Shown here one piece after another: positions 9,172 to 18,034 of a DNA stretch of 64,000 nucleotides. Numbering within the stretch: position 1 is the stretch's first letter; every line of letters begins with the position of its first letter. The translations under genes were made by a program, and so were the position numbers. The stretch comes from an uncultured Chloroflexia bacterium (GTDB taxonomy: Bacteria > Chloroflexota > Limnocylindria > Limnocylindrales > CSP1-4), in NCBI GenBank assembly GCA_963752475.1, contig CAVVYR010000008.1, positions 160,001-224,000 on the forward strand, written 5' to 3'. A model generated the notes under the pieces. That model was not told the DNA's origin. It searched no databases and was given only the letters and a program-made list of their open reading frames with translations.

Positions 9172-10545
9172 ATGTGGTTCACAAGGAATGCGCGTGGCAA
9201 CGGCCCACGCGTAGCGGCCACTGCGCTGGCGCTCTCGATGGTGGCCTCGACGGCCATCGCGGGATCCGCGCTGGCTCAGGACGAGCGCTCGATCAACGTC
9301 GCCATCGTGGGCAACCCCCAGATGCAGGACATCGCCAGCCTCACGCCGGAGCTGTTCACCGCGGAGACCGGCATCAACGTCAACTACGTGATCCTCGAGG
9401 AGCAGACGCTCCGCGAGATCGTCACCCGCGACGTGGGCGCCGGCGGCGAGCAGTTCGACGTCGTCATGATCGGCATGTTCGAGGCCCCGCAGTTCGGCCG
9501 CAACGGCTGGCTCGTGGACCTCAACGAATTCGCCGAGGGTGACGAGGAGTACATGCTCGACGACATCATCCCCGCGGTCCGCAATGGCCTCTCCTACGAG
9601 GGTGGCCTGTATGCGGCCCCGTTCTACGCCGAATCGTCCTACGTGATGTATCGCAAGGACGTCCTCGACGAGGCTGGGATCGAGATGCCACGCGAGCCAA
9701 CATGGGACGAGGTCGCGGAGATCGCCCGCACCATCGACTCCGATGAGATGTCCGGCATCTGTCTGCGCGGTAAGCCCGGCTGGGGCGACCTGGGCGGGCC
9801 GCTCGGCACGGTCATCAACACCTTCGGGGCGACCTGGTGGCTGGCCGGTGAGAACGACACCATCGGTGAGTCGCAGGTCGACCAGCCCGAGTTCGCGGAA
9901 GCCGTCAATTTCTGGGTCGATCTGCTTGCCGACGCGGGCCAGGAAGACGCCGCCAACGCGAGCTACAACGAGTGCACCCAGCAGATGCTCAACAGTAACT
10001 CGGCCATGTGGTACGACGCGACGGTCGCCGCGGCCAACCTCGAGGCCGACGATAGCCCCATCAAGGGCAAGCTCGGCTACGCGCTGGCTCCGACCAAGCT
10101 GACCGACTCTGCTGGCTGGCTGTGGGCCTGGGCCCTCGCCATCCCCGAGAACGCGCCTGACAAGGAGACGGCCTGGGAGTACATCAGCTGGGCCACCGGG
10201 CCTGAGTACCTGGCCGTGGCTGGCGACCTGCTGCCAGGCGGGTGGGCTACCGTGCCCCCGGGCACACGCGCCTCGCTCTACGAGAACCCCAAGTACCAGG
10301 AAGCCGCGGCATCGTTCGCGGACATCTATCTCGAGGCCATGCAGAAGGCGCCGATCGACATGCCCGGCCTGCAGGAGCGCCCGGGTCTGCCCGGCATCCA
10401 GTTCGTCGGTGTGGCGCAGTTCCAGGACGTCGGTACCCGCTGCACCGAGCAGATCTCGGCGGCCATCGCCGGCAACGTCTCGGTGGACGACGCACTGACC
10501 GCTTGCGATGCGATCGCTTCCGAGGTGGAAGGCGAGGAGTGGTAA
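9172..10545 (+). CDS. Polyol/sugar ABC transporter substrate-binding protein (SmoE/MtlE-like)
   Basis: Signal peptide; APFYAESS, GICLRGKPGWG, AMWYDAT and GWLWAWALAIP motifs of sorbitol/mannitol-binding proteins. Confidence 0.88.
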   Translation: MWFTRNARGNGPRVAATALALSMVASTAIAGSALAQDERSINVAIVGNPQMQDIASLTPELFTAETGINVNYVILEEQTLREIVTRDVGAGGEQFDVVMIGMFEAPQFGRNGWLVDLNEFAEGDEEYMLDDIIPAVRNGLSYEGGLYAAPFYAESSYVMYRKDVLDEAGIEMPREPTWDEVAEIARTIDSDEMSGICLRGKPGWGDLGGPLGTVINTFGATWWLAGENDTIGESQVDQPEFAEAVNFWVDLLADAGQEDAANASYNECTQQMLNSNSAMWYDATVAAANLEADDSPIKGKLGYALAPTKLTDSAGWLWAWALAIPENAPDKETAWEYISWATGPEYLAVAGDLLPGGWATVPPGTRASLYENPKYQEAAASFADIYLEAMQKAPIDMPGLQERPGLPGIQFVGVAQFQDVGTRCTEQISAAIAGNVSVDDALTACDAIASEVEGEEW

Positions 10546-10599
10546 GGAACCACTAGACTCGCGCTAGGCGAGAAACACGGGTAGGAGGGGCCGACCGTC

Positions 10600-11547
10600 G
10601 TGACCACCAACGCCGAGCCGCAGAACTCCGATCAGGCTGCTCGAGAGCGAGCCGCTGCGATCGCGGAGTTCCAGCGCAAGGACAAGTGGCGCAGGCGCCT
10701 GCCGCTCCTACCCGCTCTGCTGTTCACCATCGTGGTGACGCAGATCCCCTTCCTCTTCAACATCTGGTTCAGCCTGCAGGACTGGAAGATCGTCCCGCCG
10801 CGGGGTCCGGACTTCACCGGGCTGGAGAACTTCACCGAGGGGTACTCCAACACCTTCTTCCTGGACGCGGTCGGGATCTCGATCGGCATGACGACCGCCG
10901 CTGTGCTGCTCTCGCTATTGGTGGGCACGGGGCTGGCGCTGCTGCTGGACCGTCAGTTCTTCGGTCGCGGTATCGCCCGGACGCTGCTCATCACGCCCTT
11001 CCTCATCATGCCCGTGGTCGCCGGCCTGCTGTGGAAGAACCAGATCTTCAGCTCTACCTTCGGCGTACTCAACGCGATCATCGAGCCGCTCGGGATCGAC
11101 GCCATCCCGTTCGTGGAGCGTTACCCGTTCTGGGCCATCGTGGTCGTGCTCGTGTGGCAGTGGTCGCCGTTCATGATGCTCATCATCCTCGCGGGGCTGC
11201 AGGGCCAGCCGACCGACATCCTCGAGGCCGCGCGCGTCGACCGCGCCACCGGCCGGGGGATCTTCACTCAGATCACGCTGCCGATGCTGCGGCCGTATAT
11301 GGAGCTGGGCATCGTCCTCGGCGCCATCTACCTGCTGCAGGTGTTCGACCACATCGACGTCATGACCGGCGGCGGGCCAGGCTCCACCAACGTCCCCTAC
11401 TTCGTCTACCAGCGCTCGATCGGCGGGGGCTGGGACTTCGGACAGGCAGCCGCGTACTCGATCATCGTGGTCATCGCCACCATCATCATCGCCACGATCG
11501 CGCTCCGCGTCCTCTCCAGCCTCTTCCAGCGCCAGGAGACGGCATGA
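10600..11547 (+). CDS. Carbohydrate ABC permease (SmoF-like)
   Basis: Multiple TM helices; EAA loop ILEAARVDRA. Confidence 0.9.
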   Translation: MTTNAEPQNSDQAARERAAAIAEFQRKDKWRRRLPLLPALLFTIVVTQIPFLFNIWFSLQDWKIVPPRGPDFTGLENFTEGYSNTFFLDAVGISIGMTTAAVLLSLLVGTGLALLLDRQFFGRGIARTLLITPFLIMPVVAGLLWKNQIFSSTFGVLNAIIEPLGIDAIPFVERYPFWAIVVVLVWQWSPFMMLIILAGLQGQPTDILEAARVDRATGRGIFTQITLPMLRPYMELGIVLGAIYLLQVFDHIDVMTGGGPGSTNVPYFVYQRSIGGGWDFGQAAAYSIIVVIATIIIATIALRVLSSLFQRQETA

Positions 11548-12404
11548 CCCTGACCGCACGCGACAAGCAACTACGCGGCGAATCGCGATGGGGCACGGCC
11601 GCGCTCGGCATCGTGACCTGGCTCGTGGCCGCGCTCTTCTTCTTCCCCATCTTCTGGATGGTGCTCAACAGCTTCAAGACGGAACTGGACGCCAACACCA
11701 CGCCCAAACTCCTCTTCGAGCCCACGCTCGATCGCTGGCAGGCCGTGACCGAGACGATCCCCGGACTACTCAGCTTCAGTGAGGCCTTCTACAACTCGTT
11801 CCTCATCGTCATCGTCTCGACGGTGCTGGTCCTCGTCCTAGCCATCCCGGCCGCCTATGCCCTCTCCATCTACCCCATCGGCAACTGGCGGGACGCGCTC
11901 TTCTTCTTCATCTCGACCAAGTTCCTGCCCATCGTCGCCGCCATCCTGCCGCTGTGGATCATCGCCCGCGAGCTACAGCTGCTCAACACCCACCTCGTGC
12001 TCATCATCCTGTACACGGCCATGAACCTGCCGCTCGCGGTATGGATGCTCAACTCGTTCTTCCGGGAAGTACCCCGTGAACTCATCGAGGCAGCGCAGAT
12101 GGACGGAACCGGCCTGTACGGGCAGATCAAAGACGTGATGCTGCCCATCGTCGCGCCTGGCGTGGCAGCGACGGCGTTGTTGTGCTTCATCTTCGCCTGG
12201 AACGAGTTCTTCCTTGCCGTGCAGCTCAATCCAGTGGAGGGTTCGACCGTACCGGTCTGGGTCAGCACCAATGTGACCACGCGCGGCATGTTCATGGCCA
12301 AGCTGTCGGCGGCCTCCACGCTGGCCATCCTGCCGGTCGTCATCGCCGGCTGGGTCGCGCAGAAGCGGATGATCCGAGGCCTCTCCATGGGTGCAGTCAA
12401 GTAG
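11544..12404 (+). CDS. Carbohydrate ABC permease (SmoG-like)
   Basis: ATGA overlap with the previous gene; start MTLTARDK; EAA loop LIEAAQMDG; FAWNEF. Confidence 0.9.
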   Translation: MTLTARDKQLRGESRWGTAALGIVTWLVAALFFFPIFWMVLNSFKTELDANTTPKLLFEPTLDRWQAVTETIPGLLSFSEAFYNSFLIVIVSTVLVLVLAIPAAYALSIYPIGNWRDALFFFISTKFLPIVAAILPLWIIARELQLLNTHLVLIILYTAMNLPLAVWMLNSFFREVPRELIEAAQMDGTGLYGQIKDVMLPIVAPGVAATALLCFIFAWNEFFLAVQLNPVEGSTVPVWVSTNVTTRGMFMAKLSAASTLAILPVVIAGWVAQKRMIRGLSMGAVK

Positions 12405-12410
12405 GGAGTC

Positions 12411-13508
12411 ATGGCAGAAGTCACGTACCGAGATGCGACCAGGATCTACCCCGGCACCGAGCAGCCGGCGGTCGATCGCCTGAACCTGACCATCGACGAT
12501 GGGGAGTTCCTCGTGCTCGTCGGACCCTCGGGCTCGGGCAAGTCGACGGCGCTGCGCATGCTCGCGGGGCTGGAGGCCTGTGACGAGGGCACGATCCACA
12601 TCGGCGATCGCGACGTCACGCTGGTCCAACCCAAGGACCGCGATGTCGCCATGGTCTTCCAGAGCTACGCGCTCTATCCCCACATGTCCGTGGCCCAGAA
12701 CATCGGCTTCCCGCTCAAGCAGCAGAAGGTGCCCAAGGCGGAACGCGAGAAGCAGGTGCGCGAGGCGGCTCGCATCCTCGACCTGGAGGAATTCCTCGAC
12801 CGCAAGCCCAAGCAGCTGTCCGGCGGCCAGCGCCAGCGCGTGGCCATGGGCCGTGCCATCGTCCGGCACCCGCAGGTCTTCCTCATGGACGAGCCGCTGT
12901 CGAACCTCGACGCCAAGCTGCGCGTGCAAACGCGCGCCGAGCTGGCCGACCTGCAGGCGCGGCTCGGTGTGACGACCGTGTACGTCACGCACGACCAGGT
13001 CGAGGCCATGACCATGGGCCACCGCGTGGCGATCCTCGACTACGGCGTGATGCAGCAGTGCGACACGCCCGGCGAGCTCTATCGCCACCCGGCCAATCTC
13101 TTCGTAGCCGGCTTCATCGGCTCCCCGGCCATGAACCTGCTGCCCACGCACGCCCAGGACGGCTCTGTGGTCCTTGGCTCGCTGAGACCCGATCTCGACT
13201 CGGCCGTGGCTAAGGCCGTCTCGGAGTCCGGCGGCGCCGACCTGACCCTGGGCGTCCGTCCGCAGGGTCTGACGTTGGGCAGCGAGGGCGCCCCGGCAGA
13301 GGTAAAGGTCGTCGAGGAACTGGGATCGGAGACCTTCGTCTTCGCCGAGCTGGAGCATCTTGGCGAGCCCACGCGCATGCGCGTGCGGGTCGATGCCGAC
13401 TACAAGGTCGCCCGGGGTGACAAGACGCATATCGACGTCGTGGGGCAGGTGCACGTCTTCGGCGCCGACGGGCTACGGCTGAAGACGGCCGAGGAGATGG
13501 AGGGCTAG
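12411..13508 (+). CDS. Sugar ABC transporter ATP-binding protein (MalK/SmoK family)
   Basis: Walker A GPSGSGKS, LSGGQRQR, MDEPLSNLDAKLR, YVTHDQ; C-terminal TOBE region. Confidence 0.95.
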   Translation: MAEVTYRDATRIYPGTEQPAVDRLNLTIDDGEFLVLVGPSGSGKSTALRMLAGLEACDEGTIHIGDRDVTLVQPKDRDVAMVFQSYALYPHMSVAQNIGFPLKQQKVPKAEREKQVREAARILDLEEFLDRKPKQLSGGQRQRVAMGRAIVRHPQVFLMDEPLSNLDAKLRVQTRAELADLQARLGVTTVYVTHDQVEAMTMGHRVAILDYGVMQQCDTPGELYRHPANLFVAGFIGSPAMNLLPTHAQDGSVVLGSLRPDLDSAVAKAVSESGGADLTLGVRPQGLTLGSEGAPAEVKVVEELGSETFVFAELEHLGEPTRMRVRVDADYKVARGDKTHIDVVGQVHVFGADGLRLKTAEEMEG

Positions 13509-13514
13509 CGATCC

Positions 13515-14327
13515 ATGCCGGCCAGCTACGACCTCTCGGGCTTGGTCGCCTTGGTCACTGGGGCTGGTGGCGACATCGGCCGCACCGTGGCTGTTCGCCT
13601 CGCGCAGGCCGGCGCCGCCGTTGTCCTTACTGACCTGGACCGCGCTGTGGAGGGTCTGGAACGCACACGGACCGCGTGTGCCGCCGCGAGCGACGACGAC
13701 CGTGTCAGCGTCATGCCCGCAGACGTGACCGACACGACGAGCGTGGCGGCCTGCTTCGACGAGGTGGGGTCACGGCTCGGCACGCCCGACCTCGTCTTCA
13801 ACAACGCCGGCGTGCAGGGCGAACTGCTGCCGCTTCAGGACTACCCCATCGAGGACTTCCAGTTCGTGATGGACGTGAACGTCAACGGCATCTTCCATGT
13901 CCTGCTGCAGGCGGCCCAACGTCTGCGACGCGCCGGTAAGCCGGGGTCCATCGTCAACTCGGCCTCCATGGCCGGCGTCGAAGGTGCCGCCAACATGCCC
14001 GCCTACAGTGCCTCCAAGGGCGCGGTCATGAGCCTCACGCGCTCGGCCTCCAAGGACCTGGCTCCACTAGGCATCCGCGTCAACGCCATCTCGCCGGCCT
14101 TCATCGGGGAGGGCCTGATGTGGGATCGCCAAGTCGAGCGGCAGGCGCGAGCGAACTCGCAGTACTACTCCACCGACCCTGCCGTCGTGGCGCAGGAGAT
14201 GATCGGGGCTGTGCCGCTCCGTCGTACCGGCACCCTGGCCGAGGTCGCGGCCACCGTCATCTGGCTCCTCTCTGACGAATCGTCCTACGTCAACGGGCAG
14301 AACGTGATCATCAGCGGCGGGATCTAA
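13515..14327 (+). CDS. SDR oxidoreductase, NAD-dependent xylitol dehydrogenase-like
   Basis: TGAGGDIG, NNAG and YSASK. The insert MWDRQVE.QA..NSQYYSTDP.VVAQEMIGAVP matches the Gluconobacter xylitol dehydrogenase as I recall it. Confidence 0.8.
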   Translation: MPASYDLSGLVALVTGAGGDIGRTVAVRLAQAGAAVVLTDLDRAVEGLERTRTACAAASDDDRVSVMPADVTDTTSVAACFDEVGSRLGTPDLVFNNAGVQGELLPLQDYPIEDFQFVMDVNVNGIFHVLLQAAQRLRRAGKPGSIVNSASMAGVEGAANMPAYSASKGAVMSLTRSASKDLAPLGIRVNAISPAFIGEGLMWDRQVERQARANSQYYSTDPAVVAQEMIGAVPLRRTGTLAEVAATVIWLLSDESSYVNGQNVIISGGI

Positions 14328-14358
14328 GGCTCCTGCCTAGACCGCCTCCGGTCTCCTC

Positions 14359-14409
14359 CTGCCGGGTGGTGGGCCTCGTAGACATCGGCGAGGCTCTACC
14401 GCCCGGCAG
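14359..14409. terminator. GC-rich hairpin between convergent genes
   Basis: CTGCCGGGTGGTGGGCCTCG pairs with CGAGGCTCTACCGCCCGGCAG (about 20-bp stem). Confidence 0.5.
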
Positions 14410-14436
14410 CTCCACGTCCTGATCGGGTGCCTGGCG

Positions 14437-15924
14437 CTAGCTGTAGAACGACTTGACGGTCTCCTCGAGGGCGCTGCGCGAGGGCAGTGGACGGTCGCCG
14501 TGGCAACGCTTGAACTTGCGCCCGGAGCCGCAGGTGCAGGCGTCATTTCGTCCACGGGCCGCATCCTCGACCGAGTAGGACAGCATGATCTCAGCAGGTG
14601 GACGGTTCGCCTCGATGAGCGTCTTCATGGCCTCCATCGAGGGCAGCACATGGCGGAAGAAGACCAGGTAGCTGGCACAGAGGTAGTTGTGGCCGGGCTC
14701 TCCGTAGGCATCGTCGCGGAAGCGGTCCTTGGGACAGCCGCCGTGGCAGAGGAAGCGCACGTCGCACTCGAGGCACTGGCGCGGCAGCGTGTCGCGCTTG
14801 TCCAACCCGAAGATCTCCATCTTCGGTGAGGCCACCAGGTCGACCATGTGGGTCTCGTGGATATTGCCCAGCTTGTAGGCGGGCTCCACGAAGTGGTCGC
14901 AGCAGTAGAGGTCCCCGTTGTGCTCCAGCGCCGGGCCGCGGCCGCAGGTCTCGGTATGGATGCACAGGCCCGGAGGCGCACCGACCACGTTCGCGAGCGT
15001 GACGTCGAACATCTGCACGTAGACCGTGCCCACATCGCGCCGCACCCACTCCTCGTAGACATCGACGAGGAACCGCCCGAACTGCTCGGGACCGATGGAG
15101 CGGCTGGTGACGAGGTCGCCCTTCTGCTCGTAGAGTGGGCGAGCCTTGTTGCTGTCACCCCAGCCGGCCTCGGCGATCTCGAGGAGCTCCGGCGTCGCTC
15201 GCTCGATGATGGGGATGAACTGGACGAAGTTGGCACCGACCTCGTCGCGGAAGAAGCGGTAGACCTCCTTGCCGTGATCACCGTTGACGGCGTGGACGGT
15301 GCACAGGATGTTGAACTCCGCGCCGGCCTCCTGCAGCACCCGCGCCGCCGCCATGACCTTCTCGTGCGTGCCCTTCCCGCCCTTGTCCACGCGCTGGGCA
15401 TCGTGGAGCTCGGGCGGGCCGTCCATCGAAAGCCCGATGAGGAAGTCGTGCTCGGCGAAGAACTCGGCCCACTCCGCGTCGATCTTGGTCCCGTTCGTCT
15501 GGAGCGTGTGCTCGATGGCCTGACCCGGCTGCCGATATCTCTCCACCAGCTTCATCGTGTCGCGGAAGAAGTCGAGGCCCATGAGCGACGGCTCGCCGCC
15601 CTGCCAAGCGACGGTCACGCGGTCGGTGCGGTGACCCTCCATCAGCTGGCGGATGTACTGCTCGTGGGTCTCGTCGGTCATGCGGAACCCGCTGCCTGGA
15701 TACAACGCCTCCTTCGAAAGGAAGAAGCAGTAGGTGCAGTCGAGGTTACAGACGGCGCCGGTGGGCTTGACCAGCGTGTGGAAGGCTGGTGGCGCACTCT
15801 GGGGTAGCGGGTCCGGCAGGACGGGCAGCATGCGAGTCCTGGCGCTCTCGTCCGATCCCCCGGCGGCCGACGACGGCAGGCCCGTGACCACATCGCCCCG
15901 CGTGAAGCTTCGGTTCGGGTCCAT
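14437..15924 (-). CDS. Anaerobic sulfatase maturase (radical SAM/SPASM) with C-terminal SEC-C motif
   Basis: KPTGAVCNLDCTYC, WQGGEP, SPASM cysteines (C..C...CHGGCPKDR...LC) and terminal RNDACTCGSGRKFKRCHG. Start is 15924 (behind a -10 box) or 15831. Confidence 0.9.
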   Translation of the reverse strand: MDPNRSFTRGDVVTGLPSSAAGGSDESARTRMLPVLPDPLPQSAPPAFHTLVKPTGAVCNLDCTYCFFLSKEALYPGSGFRMTDETHEQYIRQLMEGHRTDRVTVAWQGGEPSLMGLDFFRDTMKLVERYRQPGQAIEHTLQTNGTKIDAEWAEFFAEHDFLIGLSMDGPPELHDAQRVDKGGKGTHEKVMAAARVLQEAGAEFNILCTVHAVNGDHGKEVYRFFRDEVGANFVQFIPIIERATPELLEIAEAGWGDSNKARPLYEQKGDLVTSRSIGPEQFGRFLVDVYEEWVRRDVGTVYVQMFDVTLANVVGAPPGLCIHTETCGRGPALEHNGDLYCCDHFVEPAYKLGNIHETHMVDLVASPKMEIFGLDKRDTLPRQCLECDVRFLCHGGCPKDRFRDDAYGEPGHNYLCASYLVFFRHVLPSMEAMKTLIEANRPPAEIMLSYSVEDAARGRNDACTCGSGRKFKRCHGDRPLPSRSALEETVKSFYS

Positions 15925-15988
15925 GCGGGCAAGCCTACAGGCCGCGTACGCTAGCGGCACGAAACCACCTCTCAAGGAGCGTCCGTCC

Positions 15989-16864
15989 ATGACCCAGGCC
16001 AAGCTCCCGTCATGGCGACCGGGACCCACGCGCGACCGGATCGAGATCCTTCTCGACGACGCCGAGACGATCCCCGTCGAGCGACGCGTGGCGGTCTTCG
16101 ATGTCGACGGCACCCTCTGGTGTGAGCGGCCGCACAACCCGCAGCTCCAGTTCCTCGTGGCCGAGCTCCGGTCGGCCCACGAGTCACGTCCCGAGTTGGC
16201 GCGGCGGCCCGAGTACCGTGCGGTGCTGGACTGGGATCGAGCGGCCATCGCCCGACTCGGAGCGGTGAACGTGATGCTGGCGCTCTCGGAGCTGCACGTT
16301 GGCCTGACGCCGGAGGAGTACGAGGCCCGCGTCGTGGCCTGGTTCGAGAGCAGCGCACACCCGGAGCTGCGCGTGCCCTGGTCCCAGACGCGCTATCGAC
16401 CCATGCTCGAGCTCATCGGCGAGCTGCGGGCTCGCCACTTCTCCGTGTACCTCGCGACCGGCATCGGCACGGAGTTCGTGCGCGTCATCAGCCAGCGCTT
16501 CTTCGGCGTCTCGCCCGAGGGCGTCGCCGGCGCACAGGTGGGCTATGAGCTGGAGCGCAGCTCCGGTGTGCCTCGGATGCTGCGGACCCGAGAGATCGTG
16601 GGCGACCCCAACGAGGGTGCGGCCAAGGTCGGCAACATCATCCGTGGCCTCGGCCGGCGTCCGATCCTCGCGGCCGGCAGCAACGCCGGTGACGCGCAGG
16701 TCTTGGAGTACACCGCGGCGACCGCGGGTCCATCGCTGGCGCTCCTGCTGCGCCACGATGACGTGGAGCGTGAGTACGCCTACGACGGCGGCGCATCTGC
16801 ACAGGCCGACAGGACCACGGTATCGATGAAGGACGACTGGTCCACGATCTTCGCCGACACCTAG
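15989..16864 (+). CDS. HAD-family hydrolase (phosphatase-like)
   Basis: AVFDVDGTLWCE.P motif I, Y.PMLEL, RRPILAAG, HDD.EREYAY and VSMKDDW. Confidence 0.85.
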   Translation: MTQAKLPSWRPGPTRDRIEILLDDAETIPVERRVAVFDVDGTLWCERPHNPQLQFLVAELRSAHESRPELARRPEYRAVLDWDRAAIARLGAVNVMLALSELHVGLTPEEYEARVVAWFESSAHPELRVPWSQTRYRPMLELIGELRARHFSVYLATGIGTEFVRVISQRFFGVSPEGVAGAQVGYELERSSGVPRMLRTREIVGDPNEGAAKVGNIIRGLGRRPILAAGSNAGDAQVLEYTAATAGPSLALLLRHDDVEREYAYDGGASAQADRTTVSMKDDWSTIFADT

Positions 16865-16872
16865 GCATGAAG

Positions 16873-16902
16873 AAGCCGCCGGCGGTCGCCCACCGGCGGC
16901 TT
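16873..16902. terminator. Probable bidirectional intrinsic terminator
   Basis: AAGCCGCCGG / CCGGCGGCTT stem between convergent genes, with T-rich tails on both strands. Confidence 0.7.
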
Positions 16903-16918
16903 TCCTGGGGCGTGCGGA

Positions 16919-17737
16919 CTACTCGGTCGCGGGGGTCTGCGATGCCTCCAGCGCGGCGATGCGGTCCTCGTGGTCGACCGCGGTGGCCTCGAGCACCTTG
17001 ATCCGATCACGCAACTTGTTGATGGTCAGATTGATACTGGCGATCTTCTCCGCCTGCGAGGCCGTCTCGAGCTCAAGCTCCGAGATGCGGCCCTTCATGC
17101 CGTCGACGTTGAGGCCCTTGGTCTTGTCCTGGAGCTTGACCACGTCCTTCTCGACCTGCGTCACGCGCTTGTCGAACTTGTTCACCGGGATCGAGGCAGT
17201 CGCCTCGGCAAGTGCCGCGACCTCGGCACTAGCCTCGTCGATCTGGGCCTGCAGGTCGCCGAGCGTAGCCACGAGGGTCTCGATGTCGCTCTCGGTGATG
17301 TCGACGGGGGCCTCGCCATAGACCAGCTGCACCGCGCCCTCGGCGTCGGCCAGGCTGAGCGCGCCCTCGTCGTCGATGGCCCAGGTCGCGGAGTCCTGCA
17401 GCAGTGGCAGGTAGGCGCCCTCGACGGCCATGGCGGTCTCTTCGCACATCTTCAGTGTTGAGCCGAACGGAGTCGGGAAGGTCAGCGCCTCGCCATCGAG
17501 CTCGTAGCTGCCGAAGAACGAGTTGCAGCCTGCGTTGCCCACGACCTCGCCGCCGCTGAGGAAGAGGGTGGCCTCGACCTCGGCCGGGACGGCATCGCCA
17601 GCCAACGTCGTAAGCGCCCACTCCACGCCCTCGGGCGTGATCTCGGCCTCGGCGTCCTGTGCCAGGGCTACGCCGGGCAGCGCGCCGAGGAGCATCGATG
17701 CGGCCAGTGCACCGATCAGCGACTTGCGTGTGTTCAT
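16919..17737 (-). CDS. Secreted META-domain protein with C-terminal coiled coil
   Basis: Signal peptide ending ALAQ; META signature G.AGCN...G.Y...STLKMC; heptad-rich C-terminal half. Confidence 0.85.
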   Translation of the reverse strand: MNTRKSLIGALAASMLLGALPGVALAQDAEAEITPEGVEWALTTLAGDAVPAEVEATLFLSGGEVVGNAGCNSFFGSYELDGEALTFPTPFGSTLKMCEETAMAVEGAYLPLLQDSATWAIDDEGALSLADAEGAVQLVYGEAPVDITESDIETLVATLGDLQAQIDEASAEVAALAEATASIPVNKFDKRVTQVEKDVVKLQDKTKGLNVDGMKGRISELELETASQAEKIASINLTINKLRDRIKVLEATAVDHEDRIAALEASQTPATE

Positions 17738-17849
17738 CGTGGCGAGATCCTCCATGAGCGTCCGGCAGTGACGGTCCGAACACGTAGGAGACGATTGTGC
17801 CACCCCTCTCGACGCGGCGGCCCGGATCGAGTCGTAGGCGGTGGCGTGT

Positions 17850-18003
17850 GGTCGCGGACGCGGTCAGCAGTGACAGCCCACTCGGGACCAGCATCCTGAG
17901 CTACAGCCTCGGTGACACGGTCGGCATGTCCGTGCTCCGTCGCGGAGAGGAGATCGACCGCTCGGCTACGCTCGGCACGAGGCGGGCGGGCCCGATCGGC
18001 TGA
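17850..18003 (+). pseudogene. Possible remnant of a PDZ domain (HtrA-like C-terminus)
   Basis: Reads DSPLGTSILSYSLGDTVGMSVLRRGEEIDRSATLG with no plausible N-terminus. Confidence 0.3.
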
Positions 18004-18034
18004 CCCCGGCTCCGTGTCCCGCTACGCTTATGCC

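Noticed and set aside
10686-11543. 572-aa fused permease suggested by the ORF track
   Set aside because: The N-terminal part is an off-frame overlap with the first permease; the real start is ATG 11544.
11973-13454. Long antisense ORFs (e.g. 11973-13454, 20106-22025, 33731-35545, 36355-37674, 43478-45265, 56684-58084)
   Set aside because: They are shadows of well-supported genes, as expected in GC-rich DNA with few stop codons, and show no family motifs.
14437-15924. RiPP cluster around the radical SAM/SPASM enzyme
   Set aside because: The motifs fit the anaerobic sulfatase maturase family, and no precursor peptide, RRE/PqqD domain or peptidase is adjacent.
15925-16248. N-terminal extensions of the maturase and HAD giving a long head-to-head overlap
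   Set aside because: Family similarity begins later, and starts at 15924 and 15989 leave a normal divergent gap.
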